DNA of 62,860 nucleotides, filler included, from Trypethelium eluteriae (lineage: Eukaryota), in NCBI GenBank assembly GCA_051942245.1. It is 3 parts of 3 records of this genome, joined end to end, with 100 filler letters (N's around TTAATTAATTAA, not from the genome) between each part and the next. Parts side by side here need not be neighbours in the genome. Positions count along the whole stretch, not along the records: positions 1 to 20,899 come from JAVECL010000484.1; 2 more parts are not named here. One strand, 5' to 3'. Below the pieces are notes generated by a model. It did no database searches. It worked only from the letters and a program-made list of their open reading frames with translations, and was not told where the DNA came from. Made by a program: the position numbers and the translations under genes. Positions 1 to 11,633 of this stretch are shown one piece after another (position 1 is the stretch's first letter; every line of letters begins with the position of its first letter).

Positions 1-1762
1 CCATCATCCCCTCAACCTCCCTCTCATACCGCTCCAACCACGCAGCCAGCTCCTCCTGCTGCCCCTCCACAGCACTCAGCCGCCTCTCCACCTCCGCCGT
101 GTCGCGCTCCGCCTGAAACGTGCGCGCATACAGCTTCGAGATCTTGTCTGAGTTCTCCACTAGCATCGCGTCCCACTCGGCCACCTGCGCGGCTTGGGCC
201 TGGAACTGCTTCTGGTGCTTCGAGAGGTCTGTCGCCCATCGCGTGATGATCTCGTCCATGGACTTGTTTTTCAGCCGCGAGGAGGCGGGGGGCGCGGGGC
301 CGGTCGTCGAGGCGCCGAGGGAGACGTCTTTCGGGGCGGTGCCGACGCCGGTGAAGGTTGTTGGGGCGGTCGAGGCAGTGGGCGCGGCGGTGGTGCTAGT
401 AGCAGTAGTAGTATTAGTCGTGGATGTGGTGGCGGCGGGAGTCGTTGTCGTGTCGTCCTTCTTTTGGCCGAAGAACGTATTCGTGGGTGCCACGGTGGAG
501 GTCGTAGCTGTGCTGGAGGAGGCAGGAGTGGAAGAGGTTGCGGCGTCGTCCTTCTTTTGTCCTAGAGGGGAGAAAAAACTAGTGGTGGGCGCTGCTGTAG
601 AGGCTGCTGTACTTGCTGAGGCACTCGTGATGGCGCCGAAGAGATTTGAAGCGGGAGCAGCAGAGGAGGTGGTGGGCGTGCTAGACGAGGTACTACCGCC
701 AGTGCCGAACAGGTTGGACGTGGGTGCTGAACTTGTAGGCTGTGATGCTGATGTTTGCGAAGGAGCAGGAGAAGAGCCGAGGAAACCAAAGCCGGGTTTC
801 GCACTTTGATTCTGCTGGGTGCCGCCTAAATTCCCGAAGCCAGGAGTTGACTGACCCGATTGAGTTTTGTTCAAGCCGCCAAAGAACCCGCCAGTTGGCT
901 GAGAAGATGGGGCTGGTCCACTAGGGGTTGACGCCTGTTGATTTTCTACAGGTTTACTTCCGAACAAGGTACTCGTAGCAGACGAACCAGTGGATGGCTG
1001 TTGGCTGTCTGGAGGTTTTGCTCCAAACAGATTGCTGGTGGTCGAAGGTATCGTGGATGAGCTACCGCCAAACGGCGTCGACGAACTTGATTGTGTAGTT
1101 TCGGGCTGCGTCTTGTTTTGACCGAAAAGAGTACCAGTGCTCTGTTGCGGCTTTCCAAGGCTGCCGAACACGGAAGTGCTACCGACTGAGCTTGTCGGTG
1201 GGGGTCCTGCAGGCGTTGTCGAAGTGTTGGGAGAGAAAAATGCTGATGGCTTTGCGGTTGCTGGAGTTCCAAAGCTTGAGAAGGGGGATGCGCTGCTTGT
1301 TCCTGCTGCGCTCGGCCCTTGGCCTGGTGTAGCAGGTGTCCCTGCTTGATTCATGCCGGTGTTTGATGAACTGGTCTGATTGGTATTCTCTTCAGGTTTC
1401 TTGCCGAAACTGAATCCAGAGCTGGATGTGTTGTCCGAAGGCTTCTGGCCGAACAGGCTGCCAGTGTTCCCAGAACCAAACGCAGTCGCGGTCGACCCTG
1501 AGCCGAAGATAGATCCTTGAGTATTCGGCGTGGTTGAGCCAAATAAGCTTGGTCCAGATGCTGCTGGAGTGGTTTGACCAGACCCACCACCGAAGGGACT
1601 AGCTGCTGAAGAGGTTGCGGGTTTGTTTTGCGACGAACTTCCAAAGATACTCGTAGGTCCTTGAGCGGGAGTGCTCGAGCCAAATAATGAGCCACTTGAG
1701 CCACTGCTGGTAGCTGGTTGCCCAAAGCTAAAGGTAGGGGTAGATTTTGGAAGGTCGGACAT
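1..1762 (-). CDS. NSP1: FG-repeat nucleoporin Nsp1/Nup62 (3' end runs off the window)
   Basis: ATG at 1762 opens a frame MSDLPKSTPTFSFGQ... with many SLFG/FSFG repeats. It continues into the Nsp1 C-terminal coiled coil (SRLKNKSMDEIITRWATDLSKHQKQFQAQAAQVAEWDAMLVEN). It is absent from the ORF track because there is no stop codon inside the window. Confidence 0.93.
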   Translation of the reverse strand, partial: MSDLPKSTPTFSFGQPATSSGSSGSLFGSSTPAQGPTSIFGSSSQNKPATSSAASPFGGGSGQTTPAASGPSLFGSTTPNTQGSIFGSGSTATAFGSGNTGSLFGQKPSDNTSSSGFSFGKKPEENTNQTSSSNTGMNQAGTPATPGQGPSAAGTSSASPFSSFGTPATAKPSAFFSPNTSTTPAGPPPTSSVGSTSVFGSLGKPQQSTGTLFGQNKTQPETTQSSSSTPFGGSSSTIPSTTSNLFGAKPPDSQQPSTGSSATSTLFGSKPVENQQASTPSGPAPSSQPTGGFFGGLNKTQSGQSTPGFGNLGGTQQNQSAKPGFGFLGSSPAPSQTSASQPTSSAPTSNLFGTGGSTSSSTPTTSSAAPASNLFGAITSASASTAASTAAPTTSFFSPLGQKKDDAATSSTPASSSTATTSTVAPTNTFFGQKKDDTTTTPAATTSTTNTTTATSTTAAPTASTAPTTFTGVGTAPKDVSLGASTTGPAPPASSRLKNKSMDEIITRWATDLSKHQKQFQAQAAQVAEWDAMLVENSDKISKLYARTFQAERDTAEVERRLSAVEGQQEELAAWLERYEREVEGMM

Positions 1763-2220
1763 GCTGGCGCAAGGAATGGAATGCTTGTGAAACTCCCGTG
1801 AAGCTGCAGTGCGGATCAGTACATGCGTATACAAAGCGCTTGAAGTAGAAGGTTCGATTAAGAATTGAGATCAAAGAAAATCGAGGAGGCGAAATGTCCG
1901 CCTTGGCTTTGTGGCGTATAAAAGAGCGCGCAGAGTCTCAGACTGCCACTTGATGGCACACGGTACACAGGTTGTTCTCACTCTCATTGCAGTCCGAAAA
2001 ACACGAAGTCGCGTTCGAGATGCTCGCCTTACCAAATCAGGAAAGCGCGATTCTACGCACCTACGACCCTATGTTACTAGTGCTCCCACCGAACCGCCAA
2101 ATCTCTACTTCTAGCTTCCCACTTCGATCCCAGTCAGACACCTCTACTCCCACCGTCTCATTCTCTGAGACTCTGGGATACCTGGGAGGTACTCTGTTCG
2201 ACAGTCCATATTCACCGAAC

Positions 2221-3881
2221 ATGGCTGAGCTACAGCCGCCACGCAAAAGTGTGGAATTGGAAGACGATGGGGCCCGAGAGCTTGGTAAGCTTCTCACGTG
2301 CAAGACAAAACTTTACTTTGAGCTCCACTGAACACATTGTGAATCGCATAGAATCGTCCGAGGGTGAGGAGCATTTCTCAGATGCTTCAGAAGGCAAGAT
2401 GAGCAGCGAGACATCACCCGTCCCAATCACTAGAGTGGAAAGAGTGGATGATAAACCAAGCCATGGTGAAGTTCCGGGCACTGAAGCATACAAGATTAGG
2501 ACGCAAGATGCCGTTCCCGATGAAGTTGAAGTTGTCCCTGAAGGAACACGTAGTCGAAGTTCTTCTCGAGTAAGTAGCAGTGGCAAGTCTCGCTCACCCG
2601 GTGGAACCTCCATTCCGCGAACGGTGGTCGAAAAGGTGGACGACACACCTAGTCATGGTGAAGTTCCTGGCACCTATGCGCATGAGCTGCGGAAAGCGGA
2701 TGCGGAACCTGATGAAATCATCAAATCACCGGAGAAGGAGGGGGCAAGTTTCAAAGGTGTGCACTCTCTCTATTCGTCGTGTGCTTAAGGCAACCGACTG
2801 AATGATGAAGGATCTCCTACCAACTCGATAAACAGATCTCGATCCCCTAGCGAGCCCTTACGCACAGCGCCGTTAATACCATCCCCTACGATTGAAATTC
2901 GAGCAGACGTTGAGGACGATGCTGTAGTAGAAGACAAAGGTGGAGACGACGAAGATGGCTTTGGGGACGATTTTGATGAATTTGAAGCAGGAGCCGAACA
3001 AGAGGACTTTGGTGAATTTGATGAGGGTTTCGAGCAGCCAAGTTTGGACAGAGGAGACGCGGGTGCTGATTCTGCTAGCCAATATCCCGTGACTCCCCAG
3101 CCCTATCCCTTTGTGAGTCGCCAGCTTCGATACCTAGACAACTACAATTCAGGGCTTCATTTTGCTTCAGAAAAGTGCTGATTGGTCCTGGATATAGCCA
3201 ATCCTGAATTACGACGAATTCGAGAACGCCGAAGAGATGCATTCTGCCATGGCGCCTTATCTAGAAAATATGTTTCCGGATGCACCTATGGCTGAGTCTC
3301 GTACCACCACCCTTCCGCCAGCAAACTCCATTTTTACCACTGAAAGGAGCACTGCTCTATGGGCACAGCTTGTTGAGCCTCCACCCCTTCAACCTCCCAA
3401 CTGGATTCGCTCTCGTATTCGTCGAATGTTCCTCGTATCGCTGGGGGTGCCAGTTGACCTGGATGAAATTTTACCAGCTAGCAAGCAAAAGAAATTGGTA
3501 TTACCGTCCATTAATCTCTCACCTAGACCATCGAGCGAGCGCGCCAATGGCGCCATTGAAAGGGTGAAACGACAGAACGATTCTTCCACATCTGTCAATT
3601 CAACATCTTCAAAAGCGGAGCGCAAGAGACGGGGGCCACCACCCCCACCTGACTTCGATATCGCTGCAGCGACGAGACTGAGTTCAACTACAGACGTAGC
3701 ACTAAAGAATCTCGCTGATGAAGAGCTGAAAGCTCATATGAAACAGCTTCGACAAGTTAATACTCGGGCGAGCGAAGTTCTTGAGTATTGGCTAAAGAGA
3801 AAGGATAGTGCGGTTGGAGATAAAGAAGCGTTCGAAGCCGTTATCGAGAACTTGGTCAAACATGCAAGAAAGGTCCGATAA
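2221..3881 (+). CDS. Conserved fungal protein, DUF5102/YBL010C (Laa2)-like; putative AP-1 accessory factor; multi-exon
   Basis: Spliced from ORFs 2249-2788 and 3237-3881 plus an acidic exon at about 2810-3113. That exon encodes DGFGDDFDEFE and EDFGEFDEGF, resembling gamma-ear binding motifs. The C-terminal block contains PPPLQPPNWIRSRIRRMFLVSLGVPVDLDEILP. Exon boundaries are approximate. Confidence 0.7.
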
Positions 3882-5795
3882 TGAGATGCCAATTCTTACG
3901 ACAGCGCTATAGACGCGGCATGCATTGCTATATGCCTGTCTAAATATCGGGACAGACTCTCAGATCTACATCCATCTCGAGGTCGTGGCTCCCACATCAA
4001 AGACGATTCTAAAGCAACAACGCTGCAAACTGAAGGATCGCGTCACTTAGGACATACTTATGGCTGTATTGGACAAGAATGGAGAATCTTGTCATGGAGG
4101 GCGACCGACGGTTAAGGTTATATCATGTTCTAATACTGAAAGCTTCGACGCGAACACTCAGCGAACCTAGTGGAGGACGGGCCAGGCCGTCGGCTTACCT
4201 TGAAGTCTTCACATAGGTTACAGAACACAAGGACTGAGGGGTATGCGGGAAACGCGTACATTGCTTGCACGGGGGTGTTGTGTAAGCTTTGTGCGAGATT
4301 CGATCTTGATATTCAGATAGTGTAAGGCTACACGCGACCAGGCGAAGGGTGGCATTGGACACCGGGTATAAAGAAGATATTATGATTGACACAGCGCAGG
4401 CATTCTGCGGTAACAGATCGCATGGGCATGTAGCGCATTAGGACCATTCTCACCTACGCGGTACCCTTGGTCCATTTCCCCAGATTTTTTGATGGACGGA
4501 TCGTGCATGCGTTTTGATTAGACTCCGAGGGTGTGACAGGACCCTGAAAGGGCGGCTTACCGTTTGTGACGCAATCCTCTAATAATATCGTACATAATGC
4601 AGCTCGTAGAATAAGATATATTTAATCAAGCGTCCGAAGAGAGAGAGAGAGCGCGCATGGCTATAAAATCTCACGAAGTCTAAAAGAATTTCTTGCACCA
4701 ATCACACATGCCGATCATCTGTTGAAAGATTTCGAGCCTTCGAAAAGGCCATGTGACCCCCCTGTCTGCCCCTGAGTGGAGATCTGATCCTTTGATGAAG
4801 GTGTGCAGAGAACAGAAAACGTCGTCATCAGGGTAAAGCTGAAACACGGCTATCGATGAAAGGATCGGGCAACAGAAAGAAGTGCCAGGCGTCGTAAGGC
4901 GGGACTGTTTTCAAAACGACGATATGATTGGAGGGGGACAACATCCATCGAGCAGTCAGTCATGTCTAAGCAGTATTGTCACAGGATTCGTCTTGTAGGA
5001 CGCTGGTGGCGGGCATATCGTTCAGATAGGTCTGCGTCAAGCTAGGCTCACAGCTTGTGGTGACACGCATCTGCAACTCGTCCGAGGAGTGAGGCGCATC
5101 GACCGATCCGGGCCAAATAACTGCAGCGCGGGTGGAATTGGCTGAGGATTGGGAGCGGGTGTCATCCCACTCATACCTGGCCGCTTCGGTCGCTGCCAAA
5201 GGGTCGGCCCCTATTTGGCGCCACGAACTCGAAGACAACCACTTAGCCTATTAGCTGCTCCTCGTATGGGCCTAAAGGTGGATCCGTCTGCCAGCCCTGA
5301 CAACAACCCCTATGGCCTCTCCGTCACTTAATTCATCCCAAACCCTCACCAGCCCTAACATTCACAATCGATACTGTATCATTTTCCTCAGTGGCTGAAG
5401 GCCACAGCTATCCAAGCTAACCGCGCTTTTCTCTCACTGCTACATGTTCCTTAGGTGTCGGCGAGCCTGCAAGCAATATCCTGGTTCTTCTTCGCTTACC
5501 CTCCGATAACACCCCCTCGATCTCCCAAAGCAGAAAGTGTCTCTCGACCTGCACCAGCCCGAGCTATCAAACCTTCAGACTGCCAAACTGCTACCATTCT
5601 CTGAAACTTCTACTTTGCGCCCGCTCTCGACCACTTTGTGCTCCGCCTTCTTCCCGGGCGTGGGGAGGACCAACCGCTGGCAGACTGGCATCCGCCGCCA
5701 AGCAACAATTTCGAAAAGCGCTTTTCAAGCCTCCGCGATACGGATCGAGCCAGATGCGCATTCTACTCTGGTGAAAGAGGCTCCATTGATCCAAG

Positions 5796-8700
5796 ATGCT
5801 GGACGAGGAGACCTCGGCAGCTGTGGCTGGGGTGTTGGCCAATCTTGCTAGGCAATACGATCCTATCGAGGATGGCTCCTTTCGCGGTCAGGTTGCGACA
5901 AATGGGCTAAAAGGCAACAACATCATACTTCCAGGGACAGATACGGTTGCAAAAAAGACATTGGAACAGGAGCTATCGCATTTGGTAGCTAGAATTCAGT
6001 ATTTGGAAGCTCGCGCAAGCGGTGGCACCGGTAATGTCTTCCCTATGACACCGAACGAAGCTGGCGTCGCCACACCCTTCCCGTCGGAGTCTCCTGCAAG
6101 AGGGCAGCGGACGGCCTCTTCTATTCCCGCACGCCAGAACTCAGGTTCAAACAAGGACTCGCGCGCCAATTGGGTCACAAATCTTTTAGCCAGTCGAGAA
6201 AGTACGAATGGGGAGGGTCCAGCTCAAACTACTCAGCTCACGAGTGAGCAACTGGGCTACCTTCGAGACCACGTCAGCAAACAAGCCGAACAAATCAAAT
6301 CACAACGAGAGACCATCGAGAGTGTCAGCACGCAATTAAGCCAACAACAACGGGAGACAGCAAGGGCGCTCGGTGGATTGGAACACGGCATGGAAGACAT
6401 AAGTGCGCTGAAACGTGAGCTTTCGAAATACCAACAGGCCAACGCGGCCTTTGCCAAGGCGCTCAAGGAGATTGGCACCATTGTGACTAACGTCGCGAAT
6501 GGAGATCTATCAAAGAAGGTTTTGATACACGCACAAGAGCAGGATCCTCAGATATCAATATTCAAAAAGACCATCAACCGAATGGTAGATCAGCTGCAAG
6601 AGTTCGCAAGTCAAGTTACACACCTGGCAAAGGAGGTTGGGACAGAAGGTCGACTAGGTGGACAAGCCGTCCTTCCTGGTGTTGACGGCATATGGGCAGA
6701 GCTTACACAAAATGGTTGGTACATCGGTTTAGAATCGCTGCTATCAGCTGATCCGTCACAGTAAACATCATGGCCGAAAATCTGACCGATCAAGTGCGAG
6801 AAATCGCCGTCGTCACTACCGCAGTAGCACACGGTGACCTTAGCAAGAAGATTAAAAGGCCTGCGAAGGGCGAAATACTGGAGTTGCAACAGACGATAAA
6901 CACCATGGTGGATCAGCTCCGCAATTTTGCTACCGAAGTCACAAAAGTGGCGCGCGACGTCGGTTCTGAGGGTGTTCTTGGTGGACAAGCACAAATCCAG
7001 GGTGTACAAGGCATGTGGAATGACTTAACAGTGAACGTGAATGCGATGGCCATGAACCTCACCACGCAAGTCCGCGACATTGCCGATGTGACTACCGCCG
7101 TGGCCAGGGGCGATCTAACGCAGAAAGTCAGAGCCCACTGCAAAGGTGAAATCCTGGAGCTCAAATCGACTGTGAACATTATGGTGGACCAGCTCCGACA
7201 ATTTGCACAAGAAGTGACGAAACTTGCTAAAGAAGTAGGAACGGATGGGAAGCTTGGTGGTCAAGCCACGGTCTACGGCGTGGAAGGCACATGGCGAGAC
7301 TTGACTGAAAATGTCAACGGCATGGCCATGAATCTCACTACACAGGTCCGAGAGATCGCTCAGGTCACCACTGCGGTCGCCCAGGGAGACTTGAGTAAGA
7401 AGGTAGAAGCTGAAGTCCAAGGAGAGATCTTGCAGCTCAAGATCACCATAAACACCATGGTTGACAAGCTTGGTACATTTGCTCAAGAAGTCAGTAAGGT
7501 CGCTCGAGAAGTAGGAACAGAAGGAACTCTCGGTGGCCAGGCCGAAGTCCTTAATGTGGAGGGCAAATGGAAAGATCTGACAGACAACGTCAACACCATG
7601 GCTGCCAACTTGACGAGTCAGGTTCGGAGCATATCGGAAGTCACACAGGCCATTGCCGTGGGTGATCTGGGCAAGAGGATTGAGGTGCCAGCTCACGGAG
7701 AGATCCTTGTCCTCAAAGATACCATCAACAACATGGTCGAAAGGATAGACAACTGGTCTCTAGCTGTCAAAGGCGTAGCAAGAGATGTCGGAGTAGAAGG
7801 CATTATGGGTGGTCAAGCCGATGTAGATGGCATCGAAGGACGCTGGAAGGAGATAACCACAGACGTCAACATCATGGCACAAAATCTCACGTCCCAGGTC
7901 CGCGCATTTGGCGACATCACAAACGCGGCAATGGTTGGCGACTTCAGCCAGATGATCACGGTGCGAGCATCGGGAGAGATGGATCAGTTGAAGAGGAAGA
8001 TCAATAAGATGATTGCGGACTTACGAGACAGTATCGAAAAGAACAAAGCCGCAAGGGACGCTGCAGAGCTTGCGAGTAAGACCAAATCGGAGTTTCTGGC
8101 AAACATGAGCCACGAAATTAGAACGCCGATGAATGGAATTATTGGCATGACCCAGCTCACGCTTGACACGGAATTGAGTGCCTACCAGAGGGAGATGCTC
8201 AACATCGTTCACAACTTGGCTAATAGCTTACTCACGATTATTGATGACATTCTGGATATCTCCAAAATCGAGGCGAACCGAATGGTTATGGAGCAAATAC
8301 CCTTTTCACTGAGAGGGACCGTCTTCAACGCTCTCAAAACGCTCGCCGTTAAGGCAAACGAAAAAATGCTTAACTTAGCTTACGCCGTGGATAGCTCGGT
8401 TCCTGATTACGTCATTGGAGACTCTTTCCGGCTGAGACAGATCATCTTGAACCTTGTAGGAAATGCCATCAAATTCACAGAGCGTGGCGAGGTCAAAATA
8501 ACAATCGCAGCTGCATCCCAGCAAGATTGTGGTCCCAAAGAGTATGCATTCCAATTCGCAGTCTCAGACACAGGCATTGGTATCCACGCCGAAAAACTGA
8601 ACCTCATCTTTGACACCTTTCAACAAGCCGATGGATCTACCACCCGCAAATTTGGTGGCACGGGTCTTGGTCTTTCAATATCGAAGCGGCTCGTCAGTCT

Positions 8701-9979
8701 AATGGGTGGTGATATGTGGGTTGCGTCTGAAATTGGCCAGGGCAGCTGTTTCTACTTCACATTCAGGGTTCGATTGGGCAACCCCGACCTCAACGCCATT
8801 GCACCACAGCTGCGGGCCTACAAAAATCACACAGTCCTCTTTATTGACGAAGGAAACACAGGTTGCACAGAGGAGATCATTGGGAATCTTCAAGAGCTGG
8901 AATTAAACCCGTCTGTGTTTGACAGCGAGGAAAATCTACCTCCACCGGAACTGCCCAGTGCAGCGGGCCACGCCTATGACTGCGTCATTGTTGATTGCAA
9001 TGAGACTGCGAGGCGATTGCGCAGCATGGAGAAATTCAAATATATCCCAGTTGTGATGCTTGCGCCTGTTGTCGAAGTGAGCTTTAAGTCAGCTCTAGAG
9101 GACGGCATCTCAAGCTACATGACGGTTCCATGCTTGCCAATCGATCTTGGCAATGCTATGATCCCAGCGTTGGAAGGGAGAGCAGTACCGCCAATTTCGA
9201 ACCACTCGAAGTCTTTCGATATCCTGCTCGTAGAAGACAACACTATCAATCAAAGATTGGCAGTGAAGATTCTCGAAAAGTATCATCACCGAACGACGGT
9301 GGCAAATAACGGGCTCGAGGCCGTCGAAACGATCATGAAGAAACGGTTCGATGTCGTCCTCATGGATGTCCAAATGCCTGTCATGGTAAGTTTCTTAACC
9401 ACGCAATCCCACCTACCATACTCCGTCGCTCACTCACGTATCTCCAGGGCGGGTTCGAAGCCACCGAAAGAATCCGCGATTGGGAGAGAGACAATCATCT
9501 TCCCCGCACGCCCATCATCGCCCTCACGGCGCGCGCCATGCTCGGCGACCGCGAGAAATGCATCGAGGCCCAGATGGACGAGTACCTCTCTAAGCCGCTC
9601 AAACAGAACCAGCTCATTCAAACGATCCTAAAGTGCGCAACGCTTGGCGGCGCACTCCTCGAGCGCAATGATCAACGACGAAACATGATCGGAGAGACCC
9701 CGGGTGAGAATGACAGTCCGGTGATAATTCACGAGCCAGCAAGTCCGACGAGTCCATCGAGTACGATAAGCGGGCGGCCAACGCCGAAGCGGCCAAAGAT
9801 GGGGGGAAGGGGCGCCACAGATTTAGGACAAGGGGCGGAGGACAGCCCAAGCATCCTCACAGCGGATCAGGCAGATCCTTTTGAACGGGTGAGTGTTGAA
9901 CCTCGATGATAGAGTTTTGTGTCATGGCAGTGAAGAACTAACATTGCTGCAGGTCCTGTATCGCTCGCATAGCAGTTGA
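5796..9979 (+). CDS. NIK1: Group III hybrid histidine kinase (Nik1/Os-1/Drk1)
   Basis: Six HAMP-type repeats (..[54 protein letters not shown]), H-box [15 protein letters not shown], HATPase N and G boxes, and receiver [10 protein letters not shown]. Introns at 6715-6761, 9386-9447 and 9889-9952. Ends RSHSS*. Confidence 0.96.
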
Positions 9980-11633
9980 TGAGCGTCGGTAGTGGCTTGG
10001 CGATCAAAGTTCCGCCAGCCGATGTGCCGCACGCGTGGTTCCCACCGACGATACTCTTATCTGCCTCGGGTCGCAATTCTCCCCCTGCTGAGTTCCTCGG
10101 ATCCGCTGGTCCTTGATGGATATTCCTGTCGATATCCGTCAAGTGCGATTGGATAAATTTCTTTTCACGGAAACTAGGAAGCCACGGAAGCCCCCTCTCT
10201 TATACCCACATCTGCGGTCATCGTTTTCGGCTTTCTACCTATCATGCTCTTGCAAGTCACGTGTAGTCCACGCAGACCTTTGCATTTTTCTCAGTCTTTC
10301 CAGCAGCGTATCCGGCCATCCTTTGGTGTCCAGGTGAGCAGTCAGTACTCACGGTAGCCTTGTTGTCAACGGGTTGGTCAGGACGAAAAGATTTAGCGAT
10401 AAATACCTACATGTTTTGTGGCATACACAGATGTTGTCTCGGATTCGCAATTGTGGGGGTTCTGTCAAGGCACGGGATTACTTTCCTATCCACTCCTTGT
10501 CGCTGTCTCAGTCAAGGTATCTCCGTGAATGGAGACGAGCGGATGGTATCACGAATCCCCTCTCTGAGTGTACAGATCATTATACTCTGCTCAGCTCTCT
10601 CTTCAAGCCGGAATTAGGATTGGGAACGGGACCGGAACGACGGGAATTGGGGTTTGGAGGGGTGAGGCTGGGCTGAGAGAAAGGGTTTACGTAGCTTAGG
10701 GTAGTTGATGCTGCGAATTACTCATAAGCATTGTCAATGCAACACAATTGATAAGGAGCCACTACTGCGGCCTGTCTTGCTAATGTGATGAATTCTATTC
10801 CCTCTTTTCTTTTTCTTGGTGGAGACGGTAGTTCGCATATGCTGGTGGGATCTGCATACTCGATCCGGGCGATTGGGCTCTTGGGCTGAAGGTTTATTTT
10901 TTGCCCCCCTCGCCACATTAGTGCAGAGTAACACGGCGCTTGGTTGGTAGCACTGCAGGACGCCTCCTATGGCAGCGGACAGAACGAAAACGGACAGGAG
11001 AGTGGGGGAGGCACCGTCATGGGTCAATCAAGACGGAGATCCTGGGATGTGCATGGTACCTGAAGCAGAGCACCAATGCCTTAGACGAGTACTCGGTGAA
11101 GTTAGGGAAATGCCGCGGTCTCCAGTTGGATACCGTGGATTCTTGCGCTCTGAGAGTGAGTCGAAATTGGAATTCGTGCCTCACTGCTCAGGCTAAATGG
11201 CGCAACCAGTGAGTAGCTGAGCGTGACGTCGGCCGTGCCACACGCGTTGCTTTGTTTCGCGTCCTTCGGATCAATCCACATCCAACAGCGCATTTTCGCT
11301 GCACTCAACGCCCGGCTGCCTGCTGGACCATGTTGACGACGCAGTTGGTCTTGTATCCTCGGCGCTGTTAGCAATTTTCCACTCGTCGCGCCTCCTGGGC
11401 CCCTCACATGTCTCCTCACTTTTTTCCCTGCCTGTCGAACCCTTGTCCATGTATCCGCCGGCCTCACTGAGCCTTGTGCTTTTACTTGAGCCTTGCACTT
11501 GGTACGACCCAATGGTACCTTTCGCCTCTACGAGTCTATAGCAGGCGCAAAGTTCCTGCCAGCTGTCGCCGAAGCTGACATTGCCCGCAGCCTTGACGCC
11601 ACAGGACCTTGATCCGTGTACTACGCCACCAAA

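Noticed and set aside
120..809. 229-aa plus-strand ORF and other ORFs over 24-1725
   Set aside because: These are antisense or off-frame shadows of the NSP1 coding sequence.
4638..4651. (GA)n microsatellite, and the poly-Gln codon run in FKS1 exon 1
   Set aside because: Short, ordinary simple repeats.
9980..11633. Multiple 60-136 aa ORFs in intergenic regions (also 3900-5790, 17050-18250, 28500-31470 and 61650-62860)
   Set aside because: No recognisable domains, codon bias or coherent splice structure; treated as non-coding.
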